Part shown: piece by piece, positions 8,922-18,593 of the stretch
Position numbering within the stretch: the first letter of the stretch is position 1
Layout: each line of letters begins with the position of its first letter
Source of the DNA: Clostridiales bacterium
GTDB taxonomy: Bacteria; Bacillota; Clostridia; Saccharofermentanales; Saccharofermentanaceae
Assembly (NCBI GenBank): GCA_017513085.1
Contig: JAFWDK010000009.1
Span: 64,001-128,000 of the forward strand
Length of the DNA: 64,000 bases
Direction: 5' to 3'
Translations under genes and position numbers: made by a program
The notes under the pieces: model-generated
Told to the model about the DNA's origin: nothing
The model's database searches: none
The model's input: the letters and a program-made list of their open reading frames with translations, nothing else

Positions 8922-10402
8922 GATTCCACCTCCGTTTGGCGAGTGAAGAACAGGTTTGAACCCTCAGCATCCTGTAAGATGGACAGATATGTGGGGGGCA
9001 GCTTTTTGCTTCCGCAGGGGCAGGCGGATGACTCTGATTGAGCAATCATCATTTCCACGATCCTGGGTCCGCAGAAACCACCCTGACAGCGTCCCATGCC
9101 GGTGCCGGCACGACGTTTCACGGCGTCAAGAGAACAAGGCGGAATCGGACTTTCCAGCGCATCACGGATCTCGCCTTCGGTCACTCCCTCACAGCGGCAC
9201 ACGATACGGCCATATGCAGGATCGGATGCCACAAGTTTTGCTCGTTCTTCGTTGCTCATGTCACGGAAATGGATCTTCTTTCTGGTCATGTCATAGCCAA
9301 CTTTCTTTTCAGTAAGCACGACACCATTTGATTTAAGGAGTTCGACCATATACGGCCCGATCGCGGGACTGCTGGCAAGCCCCGGAGATTTGATTCCCGC
9401 TGCTTCGAAGATGCCTTTGTTTCCCGGGATCTCACGAATGATGAAATCATCGGCTGTGGAGTTGGCGCGTATGCCCGAGAAGTTTCGGACATTGTCCCGC
9501 CAGGAGATATTGCCGACCGAACGGGCAGCCTTGGATTTGATTTCAGCAAGCTTAGCCGAAGTGGTTGCCGTATCTTCAATGTCTTCTTTCAGCACCTCGG
9601 AAGTCGGACCGCAGATCATGTTTCCGTGAACAGTCGGTGCGACGAGTACGCCTTTTCCGAGTTCGTTCGGACACTGGAAAATGACATGACTGACTTTGCC
9701 GCCTTCAGACTTATCGAGGAGGAAATACTCGCCACGTGTCGGTACGATCTGAAAATCAGGCTTGGCGATAAGCCCGTGTACGGTGTCGGCCTGGATTCCG
9801 CAGGCGAGGATCACGATGGATGCTTCGAACGTACCTTTCGAAGTTTCGATGATGTAAGTATCCTTTTCTTGAACAATGCCGGTGACTTCGGCATTGCTTT
9901 CAAAAATTCCGCCGTTTCTCACAAAAACTTCCGCCTGGGCGAGACAGAGTTCCCAAGGGTTAACAATGCCGGCAGAAGGAGCGTACAGCGCAGCGACTGC
10001 TTCCTCGCCGATCTCTGGCTCTAGTTTGCGCAGTTCAGCCGCATCAAGAATACGAAGATCCGGCACGCCATTTTTCACGCCACGTTCAAAAAGCTCCTGA
10101 AGCGTCGACTTCTCCTCCTCGGAAAATGCAAGAACGAGGGATCCGCAGCGCTTGAAAGGTACGGAAAGATCTGAGCAAAGCTTTTCGCAAAGACGGTTGC
10201 CCTCGACGTTGAGTCTAGCCATGAGGGTGCCCGGCCTGGGATCATAGCCGGCGTGTATGATGGCGCTGTTGGCGCGTGTAGCGCCCATAGCCACATCGTT
10301 ATTCTTATCAAGCAAAAGAACAGAAACATCGTAGGGAATAAGGCTGTAGGCAATCGATGTGCCTACAACTCCGGCACCAACGATAACGATATCGTATTTC
10401 AT
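8918..10402 (-). CDS. GlpA/LhgO-like FAD oxidoreductase with C-terminal BFD-like [2Fe-2S] domain (putative glycerol-3-phosphate dehydrogenase subunit)
   Basis: Start MKYDIVIVGAG at 10402 with GAGG RBS; ANSAIIHAG, VCRCEGVTEGEI, GMGRCQGGFC; ATGA overlap with the next gene. Confidence 0.88.
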   Translation of the reverse strand: MKYDIVIVGAGVVGTSIAYSLIPYDVSVLLLDKNNDVAMGATRANSAIIHAGYDPRPGTLMARLNVEGNRLCEKLCSDLSVPFKRCGSLVLAFSEEEKSTLQELFERGVKNGVPDLRILDAAELRKLEPEIGEEAVAALYAPSAGIVNPWELCLAQAEVFVRNGGIFESNAEVTGIVQEKDTYIIETSKGTFEASIVILACGIQADTVHGLIAKPDFQIVPTRGEYFLLDKSEGGKVSHVIFQCPNELGKGVLVAPTVHGNMICGPTSEVLKEDIEDTATTSAKLAEIKSKAARSVGNISWRDNVRNFSGIRANSTADDFIIREIPGNKGIFEAAGIKSPGLASSPAIGPYMVELLKSNGVVLTEKKVGYDMTRKKIHFRDMSNEERAKLVASDPAYGRIVCRCEGVTEGEIRDALESPIPPCSLDAVKRRAGTGMGRCQGGFCGPRIVEMMIAQSESSACPCGSKKLPPTYLSILQDAEGSNLFFTRQTEVES

Positions 10403-10512
10403 AAGCCACCTCTTTCTCGAGCTATGGTACGGCTTGTGGTGGAAATCGTACGGCTCGGAATGTCTTAGTTCTATTTTACTATACATTTGCCGTCCCGTAT
10501 AAGACGGGGAAA

Positions 10513-10541
10513 TTGACATATCAGGGGCAATTCATTATACT
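10513..10541 (+). promoter_or_regulatory. Sigma-A promoter of proS (short leader, no T-box)
   Basis: TTGACA-17 nt-TATACT. Confidence 0.8.
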
Positions 10542-10597
10542 TTTGTGTGCTATATATTTATATTGCGCGCGTGTGCGTGCTGAGAGAGGAATCTATC

Positions 10598-12310
10598 ATG
10601 CGAGTATCTAAGCTTTTCATGTCAACACAAAGAGAAGTACCTTCTGATGCCGAGATCGTGAGCCATCAGCTCATGCTTCGTGCAGGCCTGATGCGTAAGG
10701 CCGCTGCCGGTATCTATTCATATATGCCGATGGGCTATCGTGCATACCGTAAAGTTGAGGCCATTGTCCGTGAGGAGATGGACCGTGCTGGTGCTCAGGA
10801 GCTTATCATGCCGGCGATTCTTCCGGCTGAGACCTACATGGCTTCCGGCCGCTGGGAAAAGTTCGGTCCGGAAATGTTCCGTCTGAAGGATCGCGGCGGA
10901 CGCCAGTTCTGCCTGGGTCCGACGCATGAAGAGCCTTTCACAGAAGCAGTCAGAGATACGATCCGTTCCTATCGTAACCTGCCGGTGACACTTTATCAGA
11001 TCCAGCACAAGTATCGTGACGAGAAACGCCCGAGATTCGGTGTTGTCCGTTCCCGTGAGTTTGTCATGAAGGATGCATACAGCTTCGATGTTGACGAGGC
11101 AGGTCTCGATAAGTCCTACCTCATCATGAAGGATGCATACTGCAAGATCTTTGACCGTTGTAACCTCGACTACATCCTCGTTGATGCCGATTCCGGCGCG
11201 ATGGGTGGTTCCGGTTCCCAGGAATTCATGGTAAAGTCCGCTGTCGGTGAAGATGCGATCGCATACTGCCCGGATTGTGATTATGCCGCAAACGAGGAGA
11301 AAGCACCGTGCCCGGAACTTCCGAAGGCCGAGGGATTTGAGATGCTTCCGATCGAGAAGATCGAGACACCTCATGTAAAGACCATCGAAGAACTCATGGA
11401 GTTCATGCACTCCGAGCCGACTGCTTTTGCCAAGACGATTCTTTACAATATCGATGGCAAGATCGTTGCCGTTATGGTCAGAGGTGACCGTGAGATCAAT
11501 GAGACCAAGCTGGGTAACCTCTTTGACGCCACCGAGATGAACCTCGCTTCTTTTGAAGAAGTTGAGCGTGTGACCGGTGCAGCGGTTGGCTTTGCCGGCC
11601 CTGTCGGTCTGAAAGAAAAGGTTGAAGTGATCGCAGACTATGAAGTTGCTGCAATGCAGAACTTTATTGTTGGTGCGAATGAGACAGACTACCACTTTAA
11701 GAATGTCAACTTCGGCCGTGACTTTACTCCGGATCGTGTTGTGGATGTCCGCTGTGCGGTAGAAGGTGATCCGTGTCCGAAGTGCGGAAAACCTTTGGCA
11801 ATGTGCAGAGGTATTGAAGTTGGTCATATCTTCAAGCTCGGCACCAAGTATTCCGACGCACTCCACTGTATCTATCTCGACAAGGACGGCAAAGAGAACT
11901 CCATGATCATGGGCTGCTATGGTATCGGTGTTTCCAGAACTCTGGCAGCAATTATCGAACAGCACTACGATGAGAATGGTATCATCTGGCCGATGTCGGT
12001 GGCTCCGTATCAGGTCATCATTGTTCCGACAACCTCGCAGGATGAGACTGTCGTGAAGATGGCGGAAGAGATCCACGATGCACTCGAAAAAGCCGGTGCA
12101 GAGGTGCTGATCGATGACAGAGAAGAGCGCGCCGGTGTCAAGTTTAAGGATGCGGACCTTATCGGAATTCCGGTCCGTATTACGGTTGGACGTAAGGCAG
12201 CAGAAGGCAAAGTCGAGTATAAACTCCGTGCCGGTTCTGAAGTCGTGGAGATGACTGCGGACGAAGCGATCGCCGCTGCACTCAAAGAGATTGAGACTGC
12301 AAAGGCTTGA
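10598..12310 (+). CDS. proS: Proline--tRNA ligase (bacterial type with editing domain)
   Basis: [57 protein letters not shown]. Confidence 0.97.
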   Translation: MRVSKLFMSTQREVPSDAEIVSHQLMLRAGLMRKAAAGIYSYMPMGYRAYRKVEAIVREEMDRAGAQELIMPAILPAETYMASGRWEKFGPEMFRLKDRGGRQFCLGPTHEEPFTEAVRDTIRSYRNLPVTLYQIQHKYRDEKRPRFGVVRSREFVMKDAYSFDVDEAGLDKSYLIMKDAYCKIFDRCNLDYILVDADSGAMGGSGSQEFMVKSAVGEDAIAYCPDCDYAANEEKAPCPELPKAEGFEMLPIEKIETPHVKTIEELMEFMHSEPTAFAKTILYNIDGKIVAVMVRGDREINETKLGNLFDATEMNLASFEEVERVTGAAVGFAGPVGLKEKVEVIADYEVAAMQNFIVGANETDYHFKNVNFGRDFTPDRVVDVRCAVEGDPCPKCGKPLAMCRGIEVGHIFKLGTKYSDALHCIYLDKDGKENSMIMGCYGIGVSRTLAAIIEQHYDENGIIWPMSVAPYQVIIVPTTSQDETVVKMAEEIHDALEKAGAEVLIDDREERAGVKFKDADLIGIPVRITVGRKAAEGKVEYKLRAGSEVVEMTADEAIAAALKEIETAKA

Positions 12311-12341
12311 TTTTATATCGTTTAACATATGAGTTCACAGG

Positions 12342-12374
12342 AGGGGGCGTCTTACAAAATAGGACGTCCCTTTC
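12342..12374 (+). terminator. proS terminator
   Basis: GGGGCGTCTTA-CAAAA-TAGGACGTCCC followed by TTTC. Confidence 0.65.
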
Positions 12375-12402
12375 TGATTCTTGAAATTTTTTTGGAAAAT
12401 CT

Positions 12403-12432
12403 TGTAACGAATCTGTTTTTTTCTGCATACAC
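12403..12432 (+). promoter_or_regulatory. Candidate ECF-type autoregulatory promoter
   Basis: TGTAAC -35 with a T-rich spacer directly upstream of the ECF sigma gene. Confidence 0.45.
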
Positions 12433-12458
12433 ATACGAGAAGCAAAGGAGGTGAGAAG

Positions 12459-12839
12459 TTGCAGTCTTTTGATGAAATCTATCAGCAATACGCACAGACC
12501 GTGTACAAATATCTTTTGTCACTGACCTATCAGAGCGATCTTTCTGAGGAACTAATACAGGAGACGTTCTATCAGGCGCTAAGAACAATTGACCGTTACG
12601 ACGGGAAATGCAGGATCTCTACATGGCTTTGCGGGATTGCCAAGAATGTGCTTCTTACCTACAGGCGCAAGCATCCGCAACACGAGGATATCGATGACCT
12701 GGCCATCCCCGTGGAATCTTCGGAACAGGATCTGGCTGATCACGGCAGGAGAGACAGGAAGGATCGTCTGGATGGAAGACGAGCCAATCTACGATCGTAC
12801 CTGGGATGTGTGGTCAACGAAGCACATGTACGTTGGTGA
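12459..12839 (+). pseudogene. ECF sigma factor, region 2 only (region 4 missing)
   Basis: GGAGG RBS + TTG; EELIQETFYQA, STWLCGIAKN; similarity ends near 12730 and no region-4 HTH follows. Confidence 0.75.
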
Positions 12840-13200
12840 TATGTCTGCGAATTCCCGTACGGCAAAAGCACTTCTGCTGTCTGAGAAGATAGGCCTTTTT
12901 ACAAATGAACTGCAAACAGAGGAAGAGCCCTATGGCTGGACGATCCTTTTCAGCGAGCCTTTGGATGCAAGTTACGAGAAGTATTATCTTTCCGAAATGA
13001 GAAAGGCGGGCTATGAAATGATTGCGCTGGTCCAAAATCTGGATCATGTGACTTTCCGATACACGATCGATGGCGAGGAATTAGAAGACACATACTTCGC
13101 AGAGGATGCATCGAAGGGATTCGGCCAGGATGTGAAGAACTGCTGGACTAGCGTGAAACTCTTCCAGAATTATGTGCACTGGCTCGATACATCAGATTAA
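12724..13200 (+). pseudogene. C-terminal fragment of a DUF4825-type anti-sigma/extracytoplasmic protein
   Basis: YVGD...NELQTEEEPYGW...IALVQNL motifs in a different frame; no N-terminal anti-sigma or TM part. Confidence 0.6.
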
Positions 13201-13323
13201 AGCGTTCCCTATTGGAGTCGGTTACAGATCTGTCATCCGATCCTGCCCGAGACGATATATAATGTTTATGGTGGATGAAGGGGAGGAGATGGCTGCCTTC
13301 CCGAATAAAGGGTGGAGTAGGAA

Positions 13324-14031
13324 ATGAATACGAGAAACAAATTGTTGTCGGTGTTTGTCGCCGTTATGGTATTGGGGAGCATGGCTTTGAGCGGATGCTC
13401 GATCTTTTCGAAGAAACCGTCATATTCCGTAAAAGACGCGATTGCATATATGGAAGACCGGTATGACGATAAGTTTACCTATTTTGAGGATTACGATGAT
13501 CACCAACCGACGGGAGCTTCGTACGATCTGTACCTGAAAAGCAGGAAGTACCCGGATGAGAAAGTCTATCTTCGTATCATAAGAAACGGGAACGGATTCC
13601 GCTATGTGGACAACTATATATCCGTAAAGTTTTATGACGAGACACGTGAAGCGATCGAAGACATCGCCGCTGCCGTCTATGGAAGCGAATTCAACCTGAT
13701 CTATGATCCGGGAATATCTTCTGCGATGAGTTCTACATGCGATCCGAATATGTCTTTGGAAGAATTCTGGCTGGAAAGAGAGGCAGATCTTTCTTGCTGT
13801 TTGAAGATTGATCCGGATCATGGTGAAGCAAACTCGGAAGCCGAACTCGACCGGATAGAAGAACTGATCAAAGAAAAGAAGATCAGTATCCGATTCTCGA
13901 TCTACTATACGGTAGATCAGGATTTCTATGAAGATACGAAAAACAGCACTGCGAAATGGAATGAATACAGCACGCACATGATTATCGGGATCGGCCCGGA
14001 TATGAAAACAGAAATAAAGAAGCGGAGTTGA
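13324..14031 (+). CDS. Hypothetical lipoprotein
   Basis: Signal peptide with LSGC lipobox; GGAG RBS; TATAAT upstream. Confidence 0.8.
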   Translation: MNTRNKLLSVFVAVMVLGSMALSGCSIFSKKPSYSVKDAIAYMEDRYDDKFTYFEDYDDHQPTGASYDLYLKSRKYPDEKVYLRIIRNGNGFRYVDNYISVKFYDETREAIEDIAAAVYGSEFNLIYDPGISSAMSSTCDPNMSLEEFWLEREADLSCCLKIDPDHGEANSEAELDRIEELIKEKKISIRFSIYYTVDQDFYEDTKNSTAKWNEYSTHMIIGIGPDMKTEIKKRS

Positions 14032-14046
14032 CTCCGCTTCTTTTTT
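14016..14046. terminator. Bidirectional intrinsic terminator
   Basis: AAAGAAGCGGAGT-TG-ACTCCGCTTCTTTTTT between convergent genes. Confidence 0.85.
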
Positions 14047-14072
14047 CTGGTGTTCGGTTGTAGAGGGAGCAC

Positions 14073-14951
14073 TCAGTTTTCTTCGTGCGGAAGACGTGTC
14101 GGGGAGGCAAGATTCTTGTTTTTGGCTTCCTCGAGAAGACGGGCGAGTTCTTCTTCAGTATGCTCGATAGGAAGAGAAGAGCCCTGCTTGGTCTTAACGT
14201 CCTTCGGAAATGCCTTGTGGAAGTTTTCTTTTCTGTATTCTTCCGGCGTTTGTCCGGTCTGCTTCTTGAATGCCTGGATGAAGTGGCTCTGTGTCGAGAA
14301 GGAAAGGAACTGGGAGATGCTCAGGCAGGAATAATCGGAATGCTTGAGCATGTGCTTGGCCGCATCGATCTTTTTGATTCGGATAAAATCACTGACGGAT
14401 ACGCCGGTCTCTTTTTTGAAAAGCTTGGAAAAGTAAGCATCGTTTAAGCCAAGATATTCGGACAGATCCGGTACGAGGATACGATCCTGCAAGTGGCTGT
14501 AAATGTACTCAATGGCGCGCACGACATGCTTACTGAAGATGTTATCGAGTCGAAGCGCACGCATGCGTGTGCAATAATCCTGGATGCACTGCTGCTGGAT
14601 CTCATCAAGCTGGTTGGTGTTGGTGGCAGCATCACACTTTTGGATGTAGATATCACTTAAAGAATATGAGGTTTCCACATCCATACCATAGTTGATGCAG
14701 TAACGTGAGATCATGGCAATGGATATGATCAAGTGATACCGCACGTTACGCAATCTGTCAGGAGAGAGTGTGCCGACACCGCGAAGTTCGGAGATATGGT
14801 ACTCGCGAACCTGTCTCATAACTTCTTCCACCTCGCCGGTAGCTACAAGATCGTAAAAGTCAAATTCGTGTTCATAGGAGGAGCGTACCATCAGGCGCTC
14901 ACGTTGCATAAAAAGCAGCCGCTGCAGTTCTTTGTTTACATCATTATCCAT
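14073..14951 (-). CDS. AraC family transcriptional regulator
   Basis: C-terminal AraC HTH (YFSKLFKKETG, FSTQSHFIQAFKKQTGQTPEEYR); probable start MDNDV with GAGGG RBS. Confidence 0.92.
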   Translation of the reverse strand: MDNDVNKELQRLLFMQRERLMVRSSYEHEFDFYDLVATGEVEEVMRQVREYHISELRGVGTLSPDRLRNVRYHLIISIAMISRYCINYGMDVETSYSLSDIYIQKCDAATNTNQLDEIQQQCIQDYCTRMRALRLDNIFSKHVVRAIEYIYSHLQDRILVPDLSEYLGLNDAYFSKLFKKETGVSVSDFIRIKKIDAAKHMLKHSDYSCLSISQFLSFSTQSHFIQAFKKQTGQTPEEYRKENFHKAFPKDVKTKQGSSLPIEHTEEELARLLEEAKNKNLASPTRLPHEEN

Positions 14952-15079
14952 GTTCAGACCCTCACTTTGACATAGATTCATCCCCGTAGTACGTTTTGAA
15001 ACAAACTTACGTCATTATTATGACATAAAGTGCAAAAATTTGGTATCGTTATTTCTGAAATAGTATAGAATATACTCAA

Positions 15080-15261
15080 GTGGGGGATGTGTGAATAGAC
15101 AACCCCAATGCCTCCGTTAGTGAAAGTTTGCCATCTTTCAGACGCACACTACCCTAACCCCCACGCTGACAACATCTTGCACTTCCACATGACACACAGA
15201 TTTAGTTGCAAGAACCTACTCGATGGAAACCCCGCTATCCTGATGGTGGGGTCCATTTTTT
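15080..15261 (+). ncRNA. Putative structured small RNA with C-rich loops
   Basis: TATACT -10 at 15071; nested stems GTGGGGG/CCCCCAC, TGTGTG/CGCACA, TGAAAG/CTTTCA, then TCTTGCA/TGCAAGA; + strand terminator with no + strand gene to terminate. Confidence 0.65.
15223..15261 (+). terminator. Intrinsic terminator of the putative sRNA
   Basis: ATGGA-AA-CCCCGCTATC-CT-GATGGTGGGG-TCCAT followed by a T run; U-tract on the + strand only. Confidence 0.8.
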
Positions 15262-15357
15262 GTCCGGAGCTTCTCAAATATTGTTTTGTTAAACAAAATT
15301 ATAAACTTGAATTAAGCAATTGATTAATAGCAGACAATAATTTCGACATGAAATCGA

Positions 15358-17754
15358 TTATTTGATACCAAATGCCATTCCGATCAGTTGTACGGCATAT
15401 GCAGCAACCCAAGCGATCACACACTGGAAGACGACCATAATAGTTGCCCATTTAGCACCCAGCTCACGCTTTACTGAGGCGACTGCTGCGACACATGGCG
15501 TGTAGAGCAGGCAGAATACCAGAAGAGAGAACGCTGACAAGGGTGACATAGAGGCCAGAACGGCTTCTGTATTTCCAATCAGGACTGTCAGAGTGGACAC
15601 GACGCTCTCTTTGGCAAGGAAACCGGAGATCAGCGCAGTCGAGAATCTCCAATCGCCAAAACCGAGAGGAGAGAAGACAGGTGCGACAAAGCCTGCTATT
15701 ACAGCCAGAATGCTGGCGGCAGAATCTTCAGTCAGAGACAGGCTGGTATCGAAGGATTGCAGGAACCAGATCACGATCGAGGCTATAAAGATGATCGTAA
15801 ATGCACGCTGCAGGAAATCTTTGGCTTTTTCCCAGAGAAGCTGGGTAACATTTTTAAGTCCCGGCATACGGTAATTCGGAAGCTCCATGACAAAAGGAAC
15901 CGCTTTGCCCCGGAATAGAGTGCTTTTGAAAAGGAAGGCAACGAGAATGCCCACAAAGATACCGATGAAATAGAGCGCTACCATGATCAGGCCGCTGTAC
16001 TTTGGGAAGAATGTCGAGCAGAAAAAGCCGTAGATCGGAAGTTTGGCAGAACAGCTCATGAACGGTGTGAGAAGGATCGTCATCTTACGGTCGCGCTCGG
16101 ATGGTAATGTGCGGCTGGCCATAACGCCCGGAACCGTGCAGCCGAAACCTATCAGCATCGGAACGATGCTTCGTCCGGAAAGGCCGATCTTACGAAGAAA
16201 TTTGTCCATGACAAAAGCAACTCTGGCCATATAGCCTGTATCTTCCAGAAGTGAGAGAAAGAAGAACAATGTCACGATGACAGGGAGAAAACTCAGCACG
16301 CTGCCGACACCCGTAAAGATACCGTCGACGACAAGCGAGTGGATGACTTCGTTGACATTCCAGGAAGTAAGCGCACGCGCAGTGACCGAGGTAAGCGAAG
16401 AAATGCCGGATTCCAGAAGTCCTTGGAAAAAAGCGCCGATGACGTTAAACGTCAGAAAGAATATGGAGGCCATGATCAGGATAAAGGCCGGGATTGCTGT
16501 GAATTTTCCGGTCAGTATGCGGTCGATCTTGCGGCTTCTGTGATGCTCTTTGCTTTCTTTCGGCTTGATGACGGTGCGGTCCACGAGCTTTTGGATGAAC
16601 GTGAAACGCATGTCGGCGATGGCGGCGCTCCGGTCCATCCCGGACTCGTCTTCCATCTGTGTGATGATGTGCTCCAAGGTTTCTTTTTCGTTTTGATCCA
16701 ACTCAAGTTTTTCAAGAATGCGCGGATCACCTTCGACAAGTTTGGTGGCGGCAAAGCGCACCGGAATACCTGCTGATTTTGCATGGTCATCGATCAGGAT
16801 CATGATACTGTGAAGACATCTGTGAATAGCGCCGCCTTTGTCGTTTTCGTCGCAGAAATCCAGACGTCCCGGACGTTCCTGATATTTCGCGATATGCAGA
16901 GCATGCGCGACAAGCTCTTCGGTACCTTCGTTCTTAGCTGCTGAGATCGGAACGACAGGAATTCCCAGTTCGTACTCCATCTGATTTACGAGGATCGAAC
17001 CGCCGTTTCCGCGGACTTCGTCCATCATGTTGAGTGCCACGACCATCGGTACATCCAGCTCCATAAGCTGCATGGTGAGGTAAAGATTACGCTCGATGTT
17101 GGTGGCATCCACGATGTTGATGATGCCGCAAGGCTTCTCGTCAAGAATAAACTGACGGGATACGATCTCTTCCGCTGTATACGGAGACATGGAATAAATG
17201 CCGGGAAGATCAGTGATCTCCGTGTTCGGATTGCCTTTGATAACGCCGCTCTTGCGGTCGACCGTAACGCCGGGAAAATTACCGACGTGCTGGTTGGAGC
17301 CGGTAAGCTGGTTAAAAAGTGTTGTTTTACCGGAGTTCTGATTTCCGGCAAGAGCGAAGGTCAGCTTGGTGCCTTCGGGAAGGGGATTCTCATCGGCTTT
17401 GACATGGTAACGTCCGCCTTCGCCGAGACCAGGATGTGCGATGATGATACGGCGGGCTTTCTTTTCTTTCTTTTCTGCCTTCGGGTCAGCAGGTTGAGAA
17501 GACGAATCGGATTTTTGGGAAACGGTTTCTTCGGCCTTTTCCACATCGATCAGTCTGGCATCTTCAAGACGAAGAGTCAATTCGTATCCATGAATACGAA
17601 GTTCCATCGGATCGCCGAGTGGTGCGAGCTGCACCAGTGTTATGGAGGCACCGGGTATAACGCCCATGTCCAAAAAGTGTTGTCTGAGTGCGCCTTCACC
17701 GCCTACATGAAGGATACGGGCGCTTTCGCCTATCTTTAAATCTGCTAATGTCAT
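15358..17754 (-). CDS. feoB: Ferrous iron transporter, FeoA-FeoB fusion
   Basis: N-terminal FeoA (LDMG...APLGDP), G-domain GNQNSGKT / NFPGVT / DLPG / NMMD, gate motifs GFGCTVP and LYTPC. Confidence 0.95.
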   Translation of the reverse strand: MTLADLKIGESARILHVGGEGALRQHFLDMGVIPGASITLVQLAPLGDPMELRIHGYELTLRLEDARLIDVEKAEETVSQKSDSSSQPADPKAEKKEKKARRIIIAHPGLGEGGRYHVKADENPLPEGTKLTFALAGNQNSGKTTLFNQLTGSNQHVGNFPGVTVDRKSGVIKGNPNTEITDLPGIYSMSPYTAEEIVSRQFILDEKPCGIINIVDATNIERNLYLTMQLMELDVPMVVALNMMDEVRGNGGSILVNQMEYELGIPVVPISAAKNEGTEELVAHALHIAKYQERPGRLDFCDENDKGGAIHRCLHSIMILIDDHAKSAGIPVRFAATKLVEGDPRILEKLELDQNEKETLEHIITQMEDESGMDRSAAIADMRFTFIQKLVDRTVIKPKESKEHHRSRKIDRILTGKFTAIPAFILIMASIFFLTFNVIGAFFQGLLESGISSLTSVTARALTSWNVNEVIHSLVVDGIFTGVGSVLSFLPVIVTLFFFLSLLEDTGYMARVAFVMDKFLRKIGLSGRSIVPMLIGFGCTVPGVMASRTLPSERDRKMTILLTPFMSCSAKLPIYGFFCSTFFPKYSGLIMVALYFIGIFVGILVAFLFKSTLFRGKAVPFVMELPNYRMPGLKNVTQLLWEKAKDFLQRAFTIIFIASIVIWFLQSFDTSLSLTEDSAASILAVIAGFVAPVFSPLGFGDWRFSTALISGFLAKESVVSTLTVLIGNTEAVLASMSPLSAFSLLVFCLLYTPCVAAVASVKRELGAKWATIMVVFQCVIAWVAAYAVQLIGMAFGIK

Positions 17755-17849
17755 TCAGAATATCCCCTATTTATCTGAAAAGCAGTCTTATGACCAAGAA
17801 CCTGCTTGTATTGGTTTTTGAAATTGCCGGTATACCGGGTTTTGCGGAA

Positions 17850-18518
17850 TCAGTCGATTACACGTACTTCCTTAATGCGCGGCTGATCGTCTGTCGCAAT
17901 GGAACCGTTATCGTCGTAGGCAGGAACTTCTGCGATCTTGTCTACTACGTCGATACCGGACGTTACATGTCCGAAAGCTGCATACTGTCCGTCCAGACTC
18001 GGATAATCCACCTGGCAGATGAAGAACTGGCTTGTGGCAGAGTTCATGTCAGGGGTTCTGGCCATGGAGATAACGCCGCGCGTGTGCTTGAGAGGGTTCT
18101 CCACACCGTTTGCAGAGAATTCTCCTTTGATCGGAGTCAGCGACGAGCCATCATAAGACTTGGAAGCGGTTCCGCCCTGGATCATGAAGTTCTTGATGAT
18201 ACGATGGAATGTCGAGCCGTTATACACACCTGCCTTGGCACAGTTGATAAAATTCTCGACGGTGATCGGTGCGATGGAACTGTCAAGTTCAACAGCAATG
18301 ACACCATAGTTCTCGACTTCGATCTCAACGTGATGCAGGGAAGCATTGTCTGAGTTTTCTCCGGCCGGTGTGGTCGGTACCGGCGGTCTTGTGGTCGTGG
18401 CCTTGGTACCGTTCTGGTATCTGGTGCTGCTACAACCGCAAATGCCGAAGAGCAAGCCGAATGCAAGCACCAGGCAGAGAAGAGTTTTCTTGATCGATTT
18501 GTTTTGTTCCTTGTTCAT
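17850..18518 (-). CDS. Cyclophilin-type peptidyl-prolyl isomerase lipoprotein
   Basis: ICGC lipobox; APITVENF, FHRIIKNFMIQGG, SMAR, SQFFI, LDGQYAAFG. Confidence 0.93.
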   Translation of the reverse strand: MNKEQNKSIKKTLLCLVLAFGLLFGICGCSSTRYQNGTKATTTRPPVPTTPAGENSDNASLHHVEIEVENYGVIAVELDSSIAPITVENFINCAKAGVYNGSTFHRIIKNFMIQGGTASKSYDGSSLTPIKGEFSANGVENPLKHTRGVISMARTPDMNSATSQFFICQVDYPSLDGQYAAFGHVTSGIDVVDKIAEVPAYDDNGSIATDDQPRIKEVRVID

Positions 18519-18593
18519 GTTCCTGATTCCTCTTTGTTCATTATTTGTTCCGTCTCCGGCTACCTTCGGGGACGGATGGTTTCCTTGTAAAAA

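Noticed and set aside
10542-10597. T-box leader expected before proS
   Set aside because: The leader is only about 50 nt and has no T-box motif
10718-12328. 536-aa antisense ORF opposite proS
   Set aside because: Mirror-frame ORF arising from codon bias of a highly expressed gene; no RBS or motifs
15100-15150. GGCAAAC on the - strand as a possible c-di-GMP-I riboswitch upstream of araC
   Set aside because: The rest of the consensus (GAAA tetraloop stem, GCAAAG receptor) is absent, and terminator polarity favours a + strand RNA
15108-15323. 71-aa ORF over the putative sRNA
   Set aside because: No RBS, runs through the terminator, no recognisable protein features
15358-17754. FeoA-FeoB fusion as a novelty
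   Set aside because: A well-known architecture in Clostridia and Bacteroidetes
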